A stretch of 64,000 nt of DNA, taken from Mobula birostris (Eukaryota). The DNA lies in contig NC_092372.1 of the NCBI RefSeq assembly GCF_030028105.1, positions 150,046,058-150,110,057 on the forward strand. The letters are read 5' to 3'. This document shows positions 27,106-39,558 of this stretch, in pieces. Both the position numbers and the translations under genes were made by a program. Position 1 is the stretch's first letter. Every line of letters starts with the position of its first letter. The notes under the pieces were generated by a model. That model worked only from the letters and a program-made list of their open reading frames with translations, did not search any database and was not told the origin of the DNA.

Positions 27106-28418
27106 ACTCTCAGCTTTTCCTATGCTACATTGACGACTACATTGGTGCTACTTCCAGCATCCATGCGGAGCTTGTCAGCTTCATCGACTTTACCTCCAAC
27201 TTCCACCCTGTCCTCAGGGTCCATTTCCAACACTTCCCTCCCCTTTCTTGATCTCTCTTTCGCTGGAGACAGCTTTTCTACTGATGTCTATTACAAACCC
27301 ACTGACATCTGCTCTCAGAATGAGGCTCTTCGTTCCAGAACTAAGGAGATGTCCTCCTTCCCTTCCTCCACCATCAATGCTGCCCTCAGCCACATCTCTT
27401 CCATTTTGCACATGTTTGCCCTCACCCCATCCTCCTGCCACCCCACCAGGGGTAGGGTTCCTCTTGTCCTCACCTACCACCCTACCAGCCTCCACATTCA
27501 GCACACATTTTTTTTTGCAACTTTCACTGTCTCCAACAGGATCCCACCACTAAGCAAATCTAACTTCTCCCCCCCCCCCCCCCCCGACTTTCTGCAGGGA
27601 TCGCTCCCTACATGACTCCTTTATCCATTTGTCCCTCCCCACTGATCTCCATCCTGGTACTTATCCTTGCAAGCGGAACAAGTGTTACACCTGCCCCTAC
27701 ACCACCTCCCTCACTACCATTCAGGGACCCAAACAGTCCTTCCAGGTGAGGTGACATTTTACCTGTGAGTCTGTTGGGGTCACCTACTGTATCCAGTGTC
27801 CCCAGAGTGACTTCCTGTATATTGGTGAGATCTGACATAGACTGGGAGACTGCTTCGCCGAGCATCTGTGCTCCGTCTGCCAGAAAAAACTGGAGATCCC
27901 AGTGGCCAAACACATTAATTGCACTTCCCATTCTGACATAACCAGACCATGGTGTCTGCTGTCACGATGAGGCCACACTCAGGTTGGAGGAGCAACACCT
28001 TATATTCTGGCTGGGTAGCCTCCAACCTGATGGCATGAACATCAATTTCTTGAACTTCTGGTAATGCCCTCCTCCCCCACTCCCTCCCACCATTCCCCAT
28101 TCCCATTTTCCTCTCTCACTTTATCTCCTTACTCATCACCTCCCTCTAATGTTCATCCCTTTTTTCTTTCTTCCCTGGCCTTCTGTCCTCTCCTATTAGA
28201 TTCCCTGTAGCTCTTTCACCAATCAACTTCCAGCTCTACTTCACCCCTTACCCCACACCATCCTTGTATTATTCCTCCCCTCTCCTGACCTTCTTACTCT
28301 GACTCATCTTTTTTTTTTCTCCAGTCCTAATAAAGGGTCTTGGCCTGAAACATCGACTGTTCCATAAATGCTGCCTGGTCTGCTGAGTTCCTCCAGCATC
28401 TTGTGCATGTTGCTTTGA
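27106..28418 (+). mobile_element. Penelope-like element: RT C-terminus, GIY-YIG and 3' end with decayed hammerhead
   Basis: QLFLCYIDDYIGA, LPFLD, TDVYYKPTD, RVPLVLTYHP, YCIQCP..FLYIGE; decayed hammerhead at 28322-28359. Confidence 0.9.
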
Positions 28419-29002
28419 TTGTAAACAAGGTGGGACAGCCCAAACCTGATTGGATGAGGACTAACCAATCAGGAGGGATGGACAAACGGTCGTCTAAATA
28501 CCACTGGACTAGACGTGCCCAGGGATCATCCCTAATGAAGATGGCCAGAGTTTGTCATCAAAACGTCAGTTAAAATCTATACCTGCACCCGGCTGAAGTC
28601 CAACAAGAGTATATTTGAACTTTATCTGAAGTTTTGTTTTTAAGTTCAGACATACAACCAAAGAGTAAATAATCAGGTAGCCTTTTGAGACTTCGCAATG
28701 AACGAAACTTTATTTTCTACTAATAAATTTGCTCTAGAAAAACTTATTTCTGAAACTAAATCTGAGCAAGAAAGATATTGCACTGCCATGCAGTAAACTT
28801 TGTAATGGTGCCAATCATTTAACACAGGTGTAATGAATATATATACCACAATGAGAATTTGTGTGAGTTGAATTCAGCAAATCTTGCTATCCCTAGAATC
28901 TAAAAGCATTGTCATTTATAAGAATACAAGTTAAAAATTATTTACATTCATTCTTTCCAAAGCACTCTTCAAAGCTTTTATTGACGGATTTCCAAGCAGA
29001 TA

Positions 29003-29069
29003 CAGTACTGAGCAAAAGTCTTGGGCACATAGGTACAGCTAGGAAGCCTAAGACTTTTGCACAGTACTG
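29003..29069. mobile_element. 67-bp Tc1/mariner-type MITE
   Basis: TA|CAGTACTGAGCAAAAGTCTT...AAGACTTTTGCACAGTACTG|TA. Confidence 0.85.
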
Positions 29070-29176
29070 TATGTTATGTCTTTCCCATTACCTAATAACA
29101 CTTAACACTACGGAGCTAACACAAAGCTAAGTACTCTTATTTCTGTTTCCCACCACCTTCCTATTTTAACAACATA

Positions 29177-29243
29177 CAGTACTGTGCAAAAGTTTTAGGC
29201 ACCCCAGCTATATATATGTGCGTAAGACTTCTGCACAGTACTG
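29177..29243. mobile_element. 67-bp Tc1/mariner-type MITE, second copy in opposite orientation
   Basis: TA|CAGTACTGTGCAAAAGTTTT...AAGACTTCTGCACAGTACTG|TA. Confidence 0.85.
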
Positions 29244-29904
29244 TAGCATTGAGAAAGATTACAGAAAAACATTAAAACTTCCAAGAAAACATAAAGCCAC
29301 CAAATTATTCAAGACTTCCTTAGTGGAAGAAGGCTCACTCATCAATTAGTGTTAATTCTGAGTATTATTCCTTGCCAAAGATGTTGATCAATACTGCTGT
29401 TTGATAAGCCACAAGAAAGTGCACCCTGCAGAGCTGCTTAGTACACTTGCTGCAGTTGCTGGATAGACTTATGCAACTGCATTCCACACAACTTTCCCAA
29501 GCAGCACTGGAGCTATTGTATGAAGTAGAGAATTCAGTTAGCTATGTGTGATTTACCCATAATTAACTTTTCGTTGTTTCATAATTAAGATGTTAGGAAA
29601 AGGTGTTGATTTATTTTTCTCATTGAGTTGTCCATTTCAAAATTTGACAACCAATAATGGTTGGGAATATCATCTCTTTATTCGAAAGCAAAAGAAAAAA
29701 CCCTGTGTGTGAGATGTGCACCTGTTGTGTTTAAGATGTTGACAAACATTCTCAGCTTCTTTCATCCAAATGCTTCTCAATTTTGATGTCTTTGTGTATA
29801 TATCTACATAGAAGTTGTTTTAATGCTCACTTTTAGACCCAAGTTAAATCCTAAAATTTCTGCATGGATTAGAAGTTGAAAGGTGTCATTCTATCAATTT
29901 CTAG

Positions 29905-30036
29905 CTTCGTGTTGGAGAAGTGGGTGGAAATACACTGGGATTCTACGGCTGCCAATTTAGTCCTGATGGATCGATGATATTAGCTCATGCATTTCATGGA
30001 GCTGTTCATCTCTGGCGTAAGAACAAGTTCAATATG
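29905..30036 (+). CDS. ELP2: ELP2 exon (4th), phase 0 to 0
   Basis: ttctag|, |gtaaat; [44 protein letters not shown]. Confidence 0.97.
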
Positions 30037-30239
30037 GTAAATCAATTTGGAGTCATCTTCTGAAAATGGTGTGATTTTGCATTTTGTATTCTTGATCTTT
30101 CAGTGTTAAAATTGTATGAATTGTGAATGTAGAAATTTTCAAGTGGATTAGATATGTTTGTATATTTAAAACAACATGATTTTCACTAATAATACTTTCC
30201 CCTGGATTTACATTATAATTTATCTTCAAATGCTTTCAG

Positions 30240-30389
30240 GGAGAATGGAGCCCAGAAGTTGTGCTTTCTGGACATTTTGGTTCTGTCCAAGATTTGATCT
30301 GGGATCCTGAGGGAGACTTTATTTTAAGTGTTGGTGCTGATCAAACAACCCGATTATTTGCGCCATGGAGAAGGCCAGGATGTGACCAG
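30240..30389 (+). CDS. ELP2: ELP2 exon (5th), phase 0 to 0
   Basis: tttcag|, |gtaatc; [50 protein letters not shown]. Confidence 0.97.
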
Positions 30390-30524
30390 GTAATCAATAT
30401 GATGCTATCAGCATTAGAAGTGAATGCAGTTAGAAAGACTGAGGTAAAAGAAATCTGATTTTTATAGTTCTTCAAAGTTAAATTATACTATTTAACAAAT
30501 ATGTACTTTTTACTTGATAGCTAC

Positions 30525-31210
30525 AGTGTCAGAGAGTCATAGAGGTTACAGCACAGAAACAGGCTGTCACCCCATCTAGACCACGCTGAACTGTTATTCT
30601 GCTGAGTTCCATTGACCCACAACTGGCCCTTCGTACCCCTCCCATCCATATACTTACCCAAACCTCATAGATGTTGTAATCGAACTCACACTCACCACTT
30701 CCTCTGGCAGCTAGTTCCACACTCATACCAACCCCTGAGTGAAGAGACTTCCCTCTCAAGATCCTTTAAATATTTCAACTTTCACCCTTAATCTATGATT
30801 TCTATTTTAGGTCTCACCCAACCTCAGTGGAAAAATTCTGTGTGCATTGCAAATACCTAATGAATGATCTCAACCTAAAATGTCAGCTGTCTTTGTTTCT
30901 CCTTAGATGCTGCCCGACCTGCTGAGTTCCTCCAGCAATTTGTTTGTTGCTGTGTTTGTATTTACCCTATCCATGCCCCGTATAATTTTATACACCCTAT
31001 CAAATCTCCCCTCATTCTCTTGCACTCCAAGGAAGTCCTGACCTATTCAACCCTTACCAGTAACTCCGATCCTCAAGTTCCGGCAACATCCTCGTAACTT
31101 TTCTTTATACTCTTTCAATCTTCTTGATATCTTTCCAGTAGGTAGGTGACCAGAACTGCACAAAATATGCCAAATTTGGCCAGACTGAAGTCTTAAACAT
31201 CGACATAATA
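30525..31210 (-). mobile_element. CR1 3' end with a short nested Penelope-end fragment (about 30865-30952)
   Basis: (ACTCT)-like tail and CR1 3' UTR; nested GATGCTGCCCGACCTGCTGAGTTCCTCCAGC. Confidence 0.75.
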
Positions 31211-33006
31211 TCCCAAATGCTCGTCTTTGAGCAGATGACACAAAATATATTTGTATCAAAACAAGGTAAAGAGAGATGAACCATTATGTTAGTCTCCTGA
31301 ATCCTAGTAGAATACTAATTCATTCCTGTCTCTAGCTTGCATAATGCGTTCCTTGTTGTAAATTCCTCATCAGGGAGATAGCAAGGAAATGCTTGATTGT
31401 ATTTCTTCTGCTGAAGGGAAGGAAATCATCCCATTTCTGATTTTTATTTGTTGATGATGTGTAACAGTACTTACAGAGTTTTGGAGCCAGATTATTTCAT
31501 CAGCCAATTATCTTGGAAATGATACAAGAAATGGTCCATAATTTATTTAAAAAAGCTAATTAGTTCCTGAGTTTTATTTTTAACATCTTATGTCTTGTAT
31601 TTTTATCTGTGCTTATACTTAGCTTATGATTAGAGACAAGATATGCAATGACTACAAATTTTCTATTGCTTTTAAGCTTCAAATCTTTGCTTTCAGGGCA
31701 ACAAGTTTACTTTGCTGCAAATTGCCATTTTTGTAACAGATGTACGCCTTACCATCTGCCAAATCTTACGAGCTATGCTAATGAGCCATCCTCAAAAAAT
31801 TGTGATCAGAGAGCACATTGTCACTTGGGCCTATCCAAAATCTGGAAATTGCTATCAAGAACTAAGAGAACTGAGCCACACTGACATTGAACATCTAAAG
31901 AATTCTTTGCAATTGGAAAATATGTTGAAACATGTCAGAATTATTACTTAGACCACTGCATATGTATAACCTATATAACTGACATGAATATTGAAAATAA
32001 AACACATGCTTGTTAAATCACTGTGCTGAAAAATACATAGAACCATATTGAATGCAGATAAAAAATTTTAACAAGATGTGCAGTTCATAAGGCAAATTCT
32101 AAATTTAACCCTGATGCATAATGTACATGACCTGAAAACACAGAAGTCACATGAATGTGTAAAGACTGGAGTTGAGCAGGCAAAGGAAAATTCAGAAAAG
32201 GAACTGAGAGTAATTGTGATTTATCATTACACTGTTGGTGGCTTTCAATATCAGATATGTAGTAAATCTGCTTTTTATCCAAGTAGAGGAGATGGAATAT
32301 CAGGATCCCTAATCAAAAGAATATATAAGAGAAAAGATGGCCAGAAAAGATGACTGTGTTTTAAAGATACCCCTTCACCGGAAAGAAGATTTTTTTCCAT
32401 TTGGGCTCCTCACAACATATTAGAAATAGTCTTGTCTGCTTGCAATGCACATGCACAATGCTAGGCAGGGAGAGGGAGTTAAACACCTTCTGAAATATCA
32501 CCCAAGCCAGAAGCTTTTTTCAGGTTTTTAATTTCTAACTTATTAAACTGCAAAATGTTAAGTAAAATATATAATAAATTCAATATGGAATTGGCATACA
32601 CTTGAATATACTATTGATTATTCTCATGATCAGTATTAATCAAGGTAATGTACACACGTGACATTCTATAACTTTGCTCCATAGACCAGAGTGACCTCGT
32701 GGTGCAGTGATAGCTTAATGTCTATAAACAATAAACATAATACTTCCTTCAAAATATACCTACTAAATGTTTACTACTATTAAGAAAGCTTAAAACTCGC
32801 AGATATTGCTGTTTCAAGGGGAAATAAAGAGGGGGTGAGGGGGATATCTTTCTACACTGTGCTTCAAGTCGAAATCAAAAGTAAGTCGAAACCCATACAG
32901 GAAATGATGTTCATACAAAATGAACTACGTACGAAGCAAACTGCACCTCTGGAATCCAGAATACTCCCTGGCTGGCATCCATGGCTTGTCATCTTAACTA
33001 CTGAAG

Positions 33007-33247
33007 GGAGGGAGGGGAACGTCGACTCAGCGAAGCCTGCGTCGGGCATTTTCATGCTTTACAAGGTGCAGATTGGAAGTCTGTGTTGTCTGTGAAGTCT
33101 TACAAGGCACCACTCCTCGCACAGACACTACAGCAATGTGTGGTTAGCTGCCTTGCTCAAGGACACAAACATGCTGCCACAGCTGAGGCTCGAACTAGTG
33201 ACCTTCAGATCACTAGACGAATGCCTTAACCACTTGGTCACATGCCC
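33007..33247 (-). mobile_element. tRNA-derived CORE-type SINE (tail A)
   Basis: A box TGACCAAGTGG, B box AGTTCGAGCC, CORE-like GTGTCCTTGAGCAAGGCAGCTAACC; TSD AACTACTGAAG at 32996-33006 and 33248-33258. Confidence 0.85.
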
Positions 33248-34899
33248 AACTACTGAAGCTAACAGTCAAATGATTTCAGTAACTCTTTGGCAAAAGGACT
33301 TTCTCAGAGACTGGTCTTGAAAACAATCTAAATACACAGTCTTTAATCATTTTTGCTTTGAAATTGTTGGCCTTGATAACAGACTTGCTCGTGGTGATGT
33401 CTGATGAGGAAGGCGGTGATATGAAGCTCACCCAGAATGAGGACTGAGTGAAGCACATCTGAAGTGAGCTGTGCCTCTTTTAATACATCCTCCAACTCGC
33501 TGTAGCCCTTCAGAGTCAAGAAAGGGACAGAGTTCACAGAGGGAACTTTGGATTGGGAGAAGTTCCTGCTTTGTGTTGCACTGCACTTCTTCTGCAAACA
33601 CCTGACTTTGAACAAGAGGGATTCTAACCTTTGCCCAATTCAGAAGCTCTGTACTAAGGGGTTGCTTACAAATGTGCCAACAATTGCAAAGGCTGTTTTT
33701 GGCTAATCCTACAATTGTTTCTTTCATATAAATACTACTTTCACAGGGTCTGAAATGACTTGGGCAGCCATTCTCCAGAATATTACTCTTAAATGCACTG
33801 GCAGTGGACTGATGAGCACCATTGAGCAGACTTCACCCACTATGACCCAATCCCAATCCAAATCCAGTCGTTGGCCACAAGGTACAGCATGCCAACGGCT
33901 CTTCATGTACCTTATGTGTTCAGATGGTGTCTCAGCCAAGCAACAGCAGAGTCAAGAGAGGGGAATCTTGTCAACTTTGTCCTTAAGGTGTAAATGACTG
34001 CATGCAGCTTCAGGAGTTAGGATTTCATTTCTGCTGGGAATATCGTTGAACTCAATGAGGGTTGGCAGGGATAAACAGACCCTTTCTTTTAGCTCCATGA
34101 CAAATCTGCTGGCTCTTCTTCCAAATGTTCCTGAATATACTTTTAGATGTATAAGGAAGTTGCTACATCTGATGGATGCTCAGCTGGCTGCGCATCGTTC
34201 TCTGCTGTGGGTGTGCTAAAAACAGTAATAGCTGGCATTGAATTTACAATTGTAACTGGGTCTAATTCTTCTGAAGAGTCAACAGGCTCTTGGCTCAGTT
34301 TCCTGGAGTCCACTGGTGTATGCTGCACTGTGTGTCCATCAGTGTTCTGCAATATATTGTTACTGTTTCTTCAGTTCTCCTTGCTACCCTCCCTGGATTC
34401 TCCACCACTCTGTGGATGACTTCTCTGGCCAGTCTCAGCAGCTCACTCAAGCTGTTTCCAATGGTGATTTATCACCACAGCCTGGTGCAGCGATCGAGAG
34501 CTGTGCAGTTTTTTTTGTGTTAGCTTCTGTTGAAAGGTGAGCCGCTGATTCACTTGGTGTACTGCTCAGCCCTTGTGTGCTCTTAAGTTGTGAACACCCA
34601 TGTGTTTCCAAGTTGGACACCCTTGGGCACTTCTCAATATCTGCTTCTAATGAGGATTCATCTTTCTTTGGGTTTGAATCTGAAGCAGAGGATGCAAGTT
34701 CTGGAGGAGGACTAGGTAAAAAAATTTGGGGTGAAGCATGACAGGAAGCTGGTTCCTCTCTTTGTCTTCTGCTTGGATTTCAACTCTATTGAGCAACCAT
34801 TTCATATCACAGGGCTTGCACCAATGGTCAATTCTTCAGTCAGCTTGTCACAGAGACAACCACCACTGTCTTAAGTCAGCTGCTGCTGCGTGCACTTTT

Positions 34900-35760
34900 G
34901 CTGATTATTGATTTCTGGAAGAGGAAACTGGAGGTCCATGAACCAGTCCTCAAAGGGGATCAGTGATGGAGAAGGTCCACAACTTTAAATTCCTCAGTAT
35001 TATTTTGAAGGATGTCCTGTGCCCAGCATGTGATTGCAATTCCGAAGGAAGCACAGGGGTGCCTCTACTTCCTTAGAAGTTTGTGAAGATTTGGCATGAT
35101 ATCTAAAAGCTTAGACAAACTTTGATAGATGTGTGGTGGAGAGTATATTAACTGGCTGCATTACAGCCTGCTGTAGAAACACCAATGCCCTTGAATGGAA
35201 AATCCTACAAAATGTAGTGGATACAGCCTAATCCATCATGGATGAAGCTCTTCCCACCATTGAGCACATCTACATGAGCGCTGTTGCAGGAAAACAGCAT
35301 TCATCAAGGACCCCCGCCATTCAGGTCATGCTCTCTTCTCTCTGCTGGCACCAGGGAGAGGTACAGGAGTCTCAGGACGCACACCACCAAGTTCAGAAAC
35401 ACCTATTACCCCTGAACCATCAAATCTTGGGTCAGTGAGGATAACTTAAATCAATTTCATCACTGAACTGTTCCCACAGCCCACAAATTCATTTTCAAGG
35501 AGTCTTCATTTCATGTTCTTGATATATATTGCTTATTTATTTATTTGTTTGTTTGTTTGTTATCTTTCTTCTTTTGTATCCACAGAGTTTTTTGTCTGTT
35601 TCACGTTGGTTGTTTTCTGTCCTGTTGGGTCCAGTCTTTCGTTGATTTTGTTGTTTCATGGATTTATTGAGCATGCCCGCAAGAAAATGAATTTCAGGAT
35701 GTTTATGTTGACATATACAGTGTATGTACTTCCACAATAAATTTACTTTCAACTTTGAAG
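34900..35760 (+). mobile_element. Rex1/Babar LINE 3' fragment
   Basis: LIIDF, NFKFLSI, ALPTIEHIY; AATAAATTTACTTTCAACTTTGAA tail. Confidence 0.85.
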
Positions 35761-36262
35761 TAAAGAGGGAATGAGGACAGACGTCTTTCTACACTGTGTG
35801 TTTTAAGTCGAAATCGAATTAACCTGTGCAGGAAATAATATAAAAATCAACTTGTGTACAGGAAGTGATGTTCATACAAAATGAACTGTGCCTTCTGAAG
35901 GTCAGAACAATTTACGTGTTTCACATGATAGCACAACAGAAATCGAAAATTTAAGAAAAGCTGAGGGATTTTATGAAAACTGTATTTGAGACTTGAGAAT
36001 AATGTGAAAGACAGCAGGTACTGTAATTTGGAGAGAGAATTTCTAGTTGCAAAAGCATATGACTGAATGGGTTTTGACAGTGCACTAGAGGAAAAAAAGT
36101 AACAAGTGATTATGGTGTTCAAAGGAACCAGAAATGAATGTTTAAGGTGTTAGGCAATTGCATTTTCATTCACAGTGTTTAAGTATAATCTTGCCAATGC
36201 TGATGCAGTTTAGACTCAACTGATTGTTGGTATGCTGGCAATTTTATTATATTTTTATGCAG

Positions 36263-36454
36263 GTGACCTGGCATGAAATTGCACGACCACAAATACATGG
36301 ATATGATATGCAGTGCATAACCATGATTGGTCGTTTTCAATTTGTCTCTGGTGCTGATGAGAAAGTGCTTCGAGTCTTCACTGCCACTAAAAATTTTATA
36401 GAAAACTTCAGTTCCATTACCTGCTCGCCACTTGAGGACATTCTTTCTGCAAAA
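36263..36454 (+). CDS. ELP2: ELP2 exon (6th), phase 0 to 0
   Basis: atgcag|, |gtaagt; [64 protein letters not shown]. Confidence 0.97.
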
Positions 36455-36829
36455 GTAAGTACACTGAAATTGTAATTAATAGTTAAATAACTTAGTTGTT
36501 TTTTGGTCATAGAAGACGACCATTTGTGATTTTGGTTAAAATTTCTTAATCTAGAAGATTAGTTTGCATTCCTTGATTTTATTGTACAAATGTTATAATC
36601 TTCAGCATTTTTTTGTAGACTTATTCATGGTCATATTGAAATGTGCTTTTTATCTGTATACTTTGATCTGTTTCCTTATATTATGGAATATGGCTCTATA
36701 AAACAGACTTCTGGTTCCTTCAGATTTCTTGATCCTGTGGAATAAAACCTGCATTCGGTTTAATCTTCCTCATTGCCAAATTCATTTCTTTTACCAGATA
36801 CTCTAAATCCTATGGAAAAGATTGTTGTC

Positions 36830-37460
36830 GAGTCAAGTTTATTGTCATATGCACAAATAGAGTGAGGTGCATTTACAATGAAAAACTTGCTTATAGCAGC
36901 ATTGCAGGCACATAAGTTCAGACAACACGCAAAACATGTTATACAAGACCATGAAGAAAAAGACTGCAAAACGAAACCAGTGCAAAAACATGATTAGAAA
37001 GCAGTCCATGACAGTGCAAGGGATGGTTTGCAGTATTCTGTTGTTGAGCCAGTGATTATGATTGTGCAGGTTGGTTCGAGAACTTTATAATTGTCAGAGA
37101 GTAGATGTTCCTGTACCTGGTGCTGTGGGATTTCAGGCTTCTGTACCTCCTATCGTGGCCAGGATGCTGGGAATCCTTGACGATAGATGCCACCTTCTTG
37201 AGACATTGCCTCATGTAGATGCTTTCCTGGTGAGTGCTGTTCATTTCTTTACCAGGCTGTGTCCACAGGTCTCTGCAGCCTCTTCTGTTCCTGTGCCTTG
37301 GAATTACCATACCAGGCCATGATGCAACTAATCAGGATATTGCCTACAGGTGCATCTGTTGAAGTTTGTTAGAGTGTTTGGTGAGATGCCAAAATCTCCT
37401 CAAGCTTCTAAAAAGTAGTGGTGTTGATGCGGCTTCTTCAGGATTGCATCTATTATCGGT
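36830..37460 (-). mobile_element. Rex1-type fragment
   Basis: CLKKVASIVKDSQHPGHDRRYRSLK. Confidence 0.75.
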
Positions 37461-37479
37461 TTAGTTTGATCAGTTAGAT

Positions 37480-38080
37480 TTACACATTCACCTCCTCTCT
37501 CCCCTCCTTTCAGGGCCCCAAACAGTCCTTCCAGTTGAGGCAACACTTTACCTGCGAATCGGCTGGGATTATCTATTGTGTCCGGTGCTCCCGATGCAGC
37601 CTCCTCTACATTAGTGAGCCCCTTTGTAAATGGGGGGGGGGGGGGGAACCGCTTTTTCATGCACCTCCTCTACATCTGCCAAAAGCAGAACTTCCTGGTG
37701 ATGGCATGAATATCGATGTCTCCTTCTGGTTAAAAAAAATTCCCTCACACTCCCCTCTTCTTCTATTCCCCAATCTGGCCTTTTACCTCTTCTCACCTGC
37801 TTATCACTTCCCCGTTAGTTCCCTTCTCCCATTGTCCATTCTCCTGTCTTATCTGATTCCTTCTTCTCCTGCCCTTTATCTTTCCCAGCCACCTGGCTTC
37901 ACCTATCACTTTCCAGCGAGCCTCCTACCAACCCCCCCCCCCACCCCATCTGTTTATTTTGGTGTCTTCCCCTTCCTTTTTAGTCCTGATGAAGGGTCTT
38001 GGCCTGAAATGTTAACTATTCATTTCCATAGATGCTTCCTGCCCTGCTGAGTTCCCCCAGAATTTTGTAGGTGTTGCTTA
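37480..38080 (+). mobile_element. Penelope 3' fragment with weakened hammerhead
   Basis: IIYCVRCSRCSLLYISE; CTGATGA...GAAA at 37981-38018. Confidence 0.85.
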
Positions 38081-38124
38081 TTGTACAACCCCTTTGCTTT
38101 ATCCATTTATTTCAGATTCATTTA

Positions 38125-38943
38125 TTTGCTACATGCACACAACCCTGGAACACCTAGGCAGCAAAGATGCATATATCAGGATGCTCTTCATTAATTATAG
38201 CTCGGGATTTAACACCATCATCCCCCCTAAACTAATCAATAAGCTCCAAGACCTGGGCCTCAATACCCCTCGTGCAATTGGATGCTGTATTTCCTCATGT
38301 AGACCCCAGTCAGTTCAGATTGGCAAAAACATTTTCTCCACAATCTCCATCAGCACAGGAGCACTCGGGTATGTACATTTAGCCCCCTGTTAACTTCAGT
38401 ACGTCATCAAAAACCTTGGCAAACTTCTATAGATGTGTGGTGGAAACTGTGCTGACTGGCTGCATTACAGACTGATATGGGAACACTAGTGCCTTTCAGT
38501 GGAAAATCCTACAAAAGGTAGTGGATTTAGCCTAGTACATTGAACACATTTACATGAAACGTTACCGTAGAAAAGCAGCATGCATTTATCAAAAGTCCTT
38601 ACCACCCAGGCCATGCTCTTTTCTCGCTGCTGCCATCAGGTAGAAGGTATAGGTGCCTCAGGACTTGCACCACCAGGTTCAAGAACAGTTACTACCCCTC
38701 AGCCATCAGGCTCTTGAACAAAAGGGGACATCTACACTCGTTTAGGACTCCTTTATCTTGTTATTTCATGCTTGTTGTTCATTGCTATTTAATTATTATC
38801 TGCATTTGCAGTTTAAGTTTACAGATCCTGTTTACAGTTTATATTCTATAGATTTGCTAAGTATGCCCACATAAAATGAATCTCAGGGTTGTATATGGTG
38901 ACCTGTATATACTGTGATAATAAATTTTACCTTGAACTTTGAA
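38125..38943 (+). mobile_element. Rex1/Babar LINE fragment with internal deletion
   Basis: YIRMLFINYSSGFNTIIP; LLPSGRRYRCL; AATAAATTTTACCTTGAACTTTGAA tail. Confidence 0.85.
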
Positions 38944-39400
38944 CGGTGAAATGTGTTATTGTCATTAACAACCTAAGGATGTGCTGAGGACAACCGGCAA
39001 GTGTCACCACACATTCTGTTGACAACATAGCACATCTGTAGTGTTCAGCAGAACAATGAAAGCAACATTAACAACACAAGAACTGCAAAAAAAAACAAAA
39101 CAGCAGCAGCAAAATAAGTCCCTTTTCTCCCTCTCATCGACCCCCCCACTCCACAAACAGGCAGGCCTACAATCCTAGGACAGGCCACCTCCAGGCCTTC
39201 AGCTGCTAGTCCCTGGCCAGTACTCGAAGATTCAGAGACATCTTTCTGTCTGGCTGACCCAGGGGCCTCAATGTGGATTCTCTGACTTTGGTCTTTGACC
39301 TTCGGTATTTACTGCAGGACTTACTGGTCAGGGGACTTTGAATTCTGGGCCTTGAACTCCGCTTTTGCATGGCCTTCCAGCCCTGAGTCTTGCCGGCTGG

Positions 39401-39558
39401 TAGGGTTGGCCCTGGCTTGGACTCGTAGAGTTGTCCCTGGCTTGGACTCATAGGGTTGTCCCTGGCTTGGACTCGTAGGGTTGTCCCTGGCTTGGACTCA
39501 TAGGGTTGTCCCTGGCTTGGACTCGTAGGGTTGTCCCTGGCTTAGACTCGTAGAGTTG
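39401..39558. repeat. Minisatellite, 25-bp unit, about 6.3 copies
   Basis: Unit TAGGGTTGTCCCTGGCTTGGACTC(G/A) starting at 39401, 39426, 39451, 39476, 39501, 39526. Confidence 0.95.

Larger units (their letters stand above)
32610..35909 (-). mobile_element. Internally deleted Bel/Pao LTR retrotransposon with two diverged LTRs
   Basis: Minus motifs LPTLIEFNDIPSRNEILTPEAA, GQRLDLDW..VIVGEVC, LCPFLDSEGLQRVGG, ITAFLIRHHHEQVCYQG, FSRPVSEKVLL; direct repeats about 32826-32963 and 35762-35909; upstream LTR starts TGTTCTG, downstream one follows GGGAG; left boundary approximate. Confidence 0.8.

Noticed and set aside
31570-32400. Short plus-strand ORFs, and the unexplained block at about 6300-7050
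   Set aside because: No recognisable protein motif; probably very old repeat debris, cannot be assigned.
39401-39558. CRISPR-like array
   Set aside because: Units are head-to-tail with no unique spacers, there are no cas genes and the context is eukaryotic; it is a minisatellite.
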